A model generated the notes under the pieces. That model was not told the DNA's origin, searched no databases, and worked only from the letters and a program-made list of their open reading frames with translations. A DNA stretch of 50,875 nucleotides, the filler included, from Streblomastix strix (taxonomy: Eukaryota): NCBI GenBank assembly GCA_008636045.1. It is 3 parts of 3 records of this genome, joined end to end, with 100 filler letters (N's around TTAATTAATTAA, not from the genome) between each part and the next. Parts side by side here need not be neighbours in the genome. Positions count along the whole stretch, not along the records: positions 33,991 to 50,875 come from SNRW01000753.1; 2 more parts are not named here. The stretch is one strand, 5' to 3'. The first letter of the stretch is position 1, and the number at the start of each line of letters is the position of its first letter. A program made the translations under genes and the position numbers. Of the stretch, positions 46,391 to 50,875 are shown in pieces.

Positions 46391-46749
46391 TGTATTGTAA
46401 AATATTATCTCTGTGAAATTCCCGCTTTTTCAACCCCCTAAGATTTAATTTCACCGAAAATTCGTTTTAGATTTTGAAGTTTAATGTATTAATGAATTAA
46501 ATTTTATATAATTTTAATTTTTGTGATATGATAAAAAAATTTATTTATAGAATTAAAAAAGATTTGTTTATTTTATTATTTATTTGAAATTTCTAAACTA
46601 AAGATATTTATTTTTCATTAATAAAAAGTAATAATTTTGAAATAATTGAATGATTAAATAAAATAAAGAAATATTATAATAAAATTAATAAAAGAAAATT
46701 AAAATTAAAATGAATATTATTTATGTAAGATTTTATAATAATATTTATT

Positions 46750-47102
46750 TTAAATCCAATTTTTCTTAAGTTTCTATTTTGGAGTATGTATCAATTAGTT
46801 CAGATTTATCAACCTTCTCATCAAATTTTTCATCATTTTCAGTCTTAATATAAATATCCGATTTGTCAGCTTTTATATCAAATATTTCATATACTTCTGT
46901 CTTAGTAAGGACTTTATTTCTGTCATCAATTTCAATTTTACTATTGACATCAAGTATAGGTGTGTTTTGTAAATTATTAATTTGTTAATAAAATGTTTTG
47001 AACTTATTCTACTAAGCCAACCTTATTATATCTAATATTCTCAAAAAATGTTTCATCATGAATTTAAATAACGACAGTAACATGTGTTTCACTTTGTGCC
47101 AT
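46750..47102 (-). pseudogene. Frameshifted fragment with KADK-x-Y-x-KTE repeats (viral fibre/tail-repeat-like)
   Basis: ATG 47102 gives MAQSETHVTVVIQIHDETFFENI. After a frame change it reads TKTEVYEIFDIKADKSDIYIKTENDEKFDEKVDKSELIDTYSKIET. Confidence 0.55.
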
Positions 47103-47939
47103 TTATTTAAAAATAAATAACTTGAACTACATCTCAAAATTTATTTAGAACTACTAATAATCCTTTCGATATTGCTTACATCACTCTTGATGATATCTCA
47201 CTTTAGTCTAAAAAAGATGTTATTTTTCTTACTTTCAACAAACAAAACTTATAAATGTCTCATAACAAATTGACTTTATTTTCATCTAGTACATGAATAT
47301 TCACATTTCCAATACAGATCTCAGTTAGTATTATAGTACTGTGATTCATGAATTTAGTGCAGCATGTACTAACATCTTAGTAGTTATATGAATAAGGGGA
47401 GTGCCCCAGATTGAAAAATAAAAATAAATAATGAAAAATAAATAATAATAATAAATAATGAAAATAATTACTGAAGACAAATTAAAGTTTATAAATAAAT
47501 TAAAAAAATAAACACTTGAACGAGATTATTGAAGGGACATTGTATATGATGACTGAACGTGGATATTGAAGTAGATGAATGATGTACGTTATTATGTGCT
47601 GTTTTTGAATGTATGACACTCTCCTTTTTCAAATAATTACTTAGGAACGTTGATTGTTTGATTAATGAACGGAGATGAACGGAAATCTAAAATATATTGA
47701 TGAAATCACTGAATATTTGAACAAAAACAGAGTAAAATTTATGAAAGATTAATGCAAAACATGAATGATAATCCGTAACTGGCACGCAAAATTGGATTCA
47801 TTAATGAATAACTTTTGATTGCACCGAATGTATCGAGTGCTCAGTGTCAGAAACTTTCATCAAAAACTGCTGACAGCCTGAAATTCTGCCAGATTAACAA
47901 AAAACTAAAGACGATTAATTATCCAAAGGATGAATGAAT

Positions 47940-48605
47940 CATTAGCATCTTCATTAACGTCTTGGTCCTATTCTCTTAAATTATCGTATAATTTTATTAA
48001 ATCTTCATTCAATTTGAATATCCATATTCGTTTTCCTGAAATCATTTTTTATATTCTTTGACATATATTTTTTAATTATAATTAGAATGATTTTTCTTTA
48101 GCATCGAATGGTTTAAATTATTGTGCAATAGTGCAAAGTACGCCTTCTTTAAACGTATTATCATTTTATAAGATTAAATCATCGAGCTATGAAAATGATG
48201 CTCTAATTATATCTTTTTCGCTTCTGTGAATGATTCGATTCTTTGGTTCCAGCCTTCAATATTTCTTGTCATAAATTGAATAAATAAATTATTGTATAAT
48301 TCAGTTATGAAGCCAATTGATAGTGATGTGAATAATTCAACGTCATCTGTATGAACAGCTTTACATCTGCATACAACATAACGACTATTATTAACTTCAA
48401 TTTTAACAGCGAAGTCGTTGTTGGTTAACATTATTAAATTCACAACATTTTCCGATATTCTACGAAGTTGATTTTTTTCATAAATTCTTATTTTGTTATC
48501 TGCTATAATCGACGTCAAAGAATCCATTTCCGAAGATTTTGTATCTTCAAAATTTTTAAGTTCATTGGCTATTTCAAGAATTATATTTTCATCGGCAGAA
48601 TTAAA
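47940..48605 (-). pseudogene. C-terminal part of an SF3 (D5/NrS-1-type) helicase; Walker A missing
   Basis: FNSADENIILEIANELKN..MDSLTSIIADNKIRIYEKNQLRRISENVVNLIMLTNNDFAVKIEVNNSRYVVCRC gives Walker B, motif C (TNN) and a decayed DRRY. Frameshift near 48210. Confidence 0.75.
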
Positions 48606-48609
48606 ATTA

Positions 48610-50470
48610 TTCCTATCAAATAATAAATATATTTTTTTTCATTCTCATTAAGTAGAAGATTATAAATGTAATGAATTTTTGGAGCGAAAGCAATGCAAGC
48701 CGTTCCTTTTGCATCATAACTGACTCCCAATAATTGTTTATATTAGCTAAAGATTAATGGATAATTTTCATCGAAGAATTTCTGGTCTTTTATAACATAT
48801 TTAAATTTCTGTCTGTAATCCTCTTCTGGATTCCCACTTATGGCCCATGTCATCGAATCGGTATCACCACAAATATAATGCAATTTTTCATATGAAAAGC
48901 TTTGGCTATAAAATTACAGATAAAATTTATAAACCAATATTTGCTATTATCTAAAACAAAATAAGTAGATCAGAAGCAAGTATTGCAGTTGTAGCTCTCA
49001 GCTTTAAATTACGTAACAAAAAAATCTTCTGTTATTTGTTATTAATTAATGAATGAACCTTAAAGATGAGACAACCACGTCATATCAGAGCTTAACAATT
49101 TTGTTTGCGAATATTTTTCATAATTAACTCCATCACTTCTATAGCTTGAGTTCATTGCCAATTTATAGAATTATTATTTTACATTATTTTTTCATTAACT
49201 GCTTATATCCGCTGATTCATAAATTCTTTATCTAATGGATTTAATCTATCATGCTTAAATACGATATAACACATTAAATATCAATATTGAATTAAAAATT
49301 ATCAATGTGATTCCACATAATAATTATTGAACGACATGAAATACCCATGCGTTGATGATAAATTTGTTAATTTTCGTTCAATTTTGTTGTGTAACATTAT
49401 ATTTTTCAGTAGTAGATTGTATATTCATGAACATAATGTTTTTTCATCGGTCAATATATCAATGTTTTTTTAATATCAGAAGAAAATTGATGAAACCGTT
49501 AATATATTATTAGTCAATGTGTCTTATAACAACAGCGATAAATTATGTCATCCCTTCAACGTCATCAAATCGTAGGGTATTAAAAATTAAATTTCTTGCT
49601 GTTTATTTATTAGTAATTTTGTCCGATATTTGTCCAGCTATGTATAAACGATTATCCGTATATTTAATGAACTTATGCGGTTCTGAACTCATAACGCTGG
49701 GATATTAACAATTGAAATCTAAGGTTAAAAGAAGAGTCATTATGTAATAGGAGTCCTAACATATAACCTTTCTGTTAATATATTTTAATTAATTTATTTT
49801 AGTTTCATCAGCAACATTATATCTATGTATAATTTATGATAGACCACCAGTGATTCCTGAATGCAAAATTTGATAAACTTCTTCATCATTTATTGTCATT
49901 GGAAAATTTTTACAATAACAAAATTTTTTTAAATTTATTATTAATCTTGTTAAATTTTCATCTTTATTTGACTTAAATTTATTACAGAATAAGCAGCATA
50001 GTTTCACATTATCTGCAGAATTGCCCCTATCGTTGTTGATTCTATCTAATGTTGGAAGACTTGTGCTTGTGAATCGTGTTTTATAAATTTGACATCCTGT
50101 CGATAGAAATAATTTTCTGTAGAACGCACAATCTTATTCCTTGATGTTGTTGCTTGTGTCTCTATTCCTTTTTTTATCTTATTCCAGATAAATTTAAACT
50201 TAGATATTCCAATAATTTTATGTCAAAATAAACGGTGCATAATTAACTTTTGATGTATAATCTTAATCCAATTCGAAATCGCTATATGTAAGAGCACATT
50301 TGATTTCATTAGCGCATGCGAGTATCTTCAAGGTTGTAGTATCGAAGGTAAACCTAACCATTCGAATTATGCTATGCAGCAGTCAAATATTTTTAATATT
50401 TCTCATCACATATACTTTTATTTGGGTCATTTTCATGGCAGATGACCATTTTTTGTTTTATTTACTATTT
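48610..50470 (-). pseudogene. Protein-primed-type family B DNA polymerase remnant with an embedded HNH/zinc module
   Basis: Motif A LDFNCQYPSVM (49696-49719), motif B FYKLAMNSSYRSDG (~49130-49170), motif C YICGDTDSM (48854-48868), GITGGLS, and HNH-like PTLDRINNDRGNSADNVKLCCLFCNKFK (~49975-50060). An in-frame TGA (~48970) and frameshifts disrupt it. Confidence 0.85.
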
Positions 50471-50705
50471 ATATATAGCACATATAATGCTGTTCCCTGA
50501 TCTAGTTATTACTCTCAAATACTCGCTCTAGGCAAAGATATTGAATTTATTATTTTTTTCATTTATACTTATTATTTAAGAATGCTCATAGTTATCGTAT
50601 AATAAAAATTATTAAATATTAATTAGTTATACTATATTATTTTATCAAATACCGATTTAATAAGTTTCGCACTAAATTTCCAAAAAATTCCCCATATTCG
50701 TAAGC

Positions 50706-50875
50706 ATGATTCGTCGGAAACGGAGCAAAAAGGATCTTGAGGACGAATTAGCTGCTGAAAATCAACAGCTCAGTAAGGAACTTGCAGAAAGTGAGGCACT
50801 GCGGTGATATTGTCTAGTGAACTTGAACAAATTTTCTGAAGAATTGCCCGATGAATGGCAACCTGCTGTACGAGC
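50706..50875 (+). other. Start of a GC-richer coding-like segment running off the window, interrupted by an in-frame TGA
   Basis: Reads MIRRKRSKKDLEDELAAENQQLSKELAESEALR-TGA(50805-50807)-YCLVNLNKFSEELPDEWQPAVR; no recognisable domain. Confidence 0.4.

Larger units (their letters stand above)
46750..50480 (-). mobile_element. Decayed, internally deleted Polinton/Maverick- or adintovirus-like endogenous DNA virus
   Basis: Co-oriented, intronless, disrupted remnants of a protein-primed PolB, an SF3 helicase and a KADK-repeat gene, plus a dispersed-repeat segment at 47371-47445. No integrase, capsid, paired TIRs or TSD were identified; boundaries are approximate. Confidence 0.75.

Noticed and set aside
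46416..46425. E2F-like AAATTCCCGC motif upstream of the ABCC start
   Set aside because: It is a single short match not shared by the other upstream regions, which is insufficient support.

Overview
AT-rich, intron-containing eukaryotic DNA read with a variant nuclear code (TAA/TAG = Gln, TGA the only stop; translation table 6), so the supplied standard-code ORF track fragments every gene. The code, short GT-AG introns and gene content fit a protist such as the oxymonad Streblomastix (inference; a ciliate is not excluded). I find seven host genes: a dual-acylation-motif calpain-7/PalB-like protease (+), a >3,100-aa Q/N/S-rich AT-hook protein (-, 5' end lost in a gap), a coiled-coil protein (+), a CCDC177-like coiled-coil/C2 protein (-), a TmcB-like multi-pass membrane protein ending in a hemerythrin-like domain (-), a Kelch-repeat/PPP Ser/Thr phosphatase (-) and an ABCC/MRP transporter (-). 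The right end holds a decayed Polinton/adintovirus-like element (protein-primed PolB with HNH insert, SF3 helicase, fibre-like repeat gene). Small GC-rich structured repeats, two artificial scaffold linkers and one duplicated contig overlap are also present. The best candidate for a new system is the TmcB-like receptor fused to a hemerythrin whose O2-binding iron site is specifically remodelled. All translations were done by hand, so exon boundaries and lengths are approximate.
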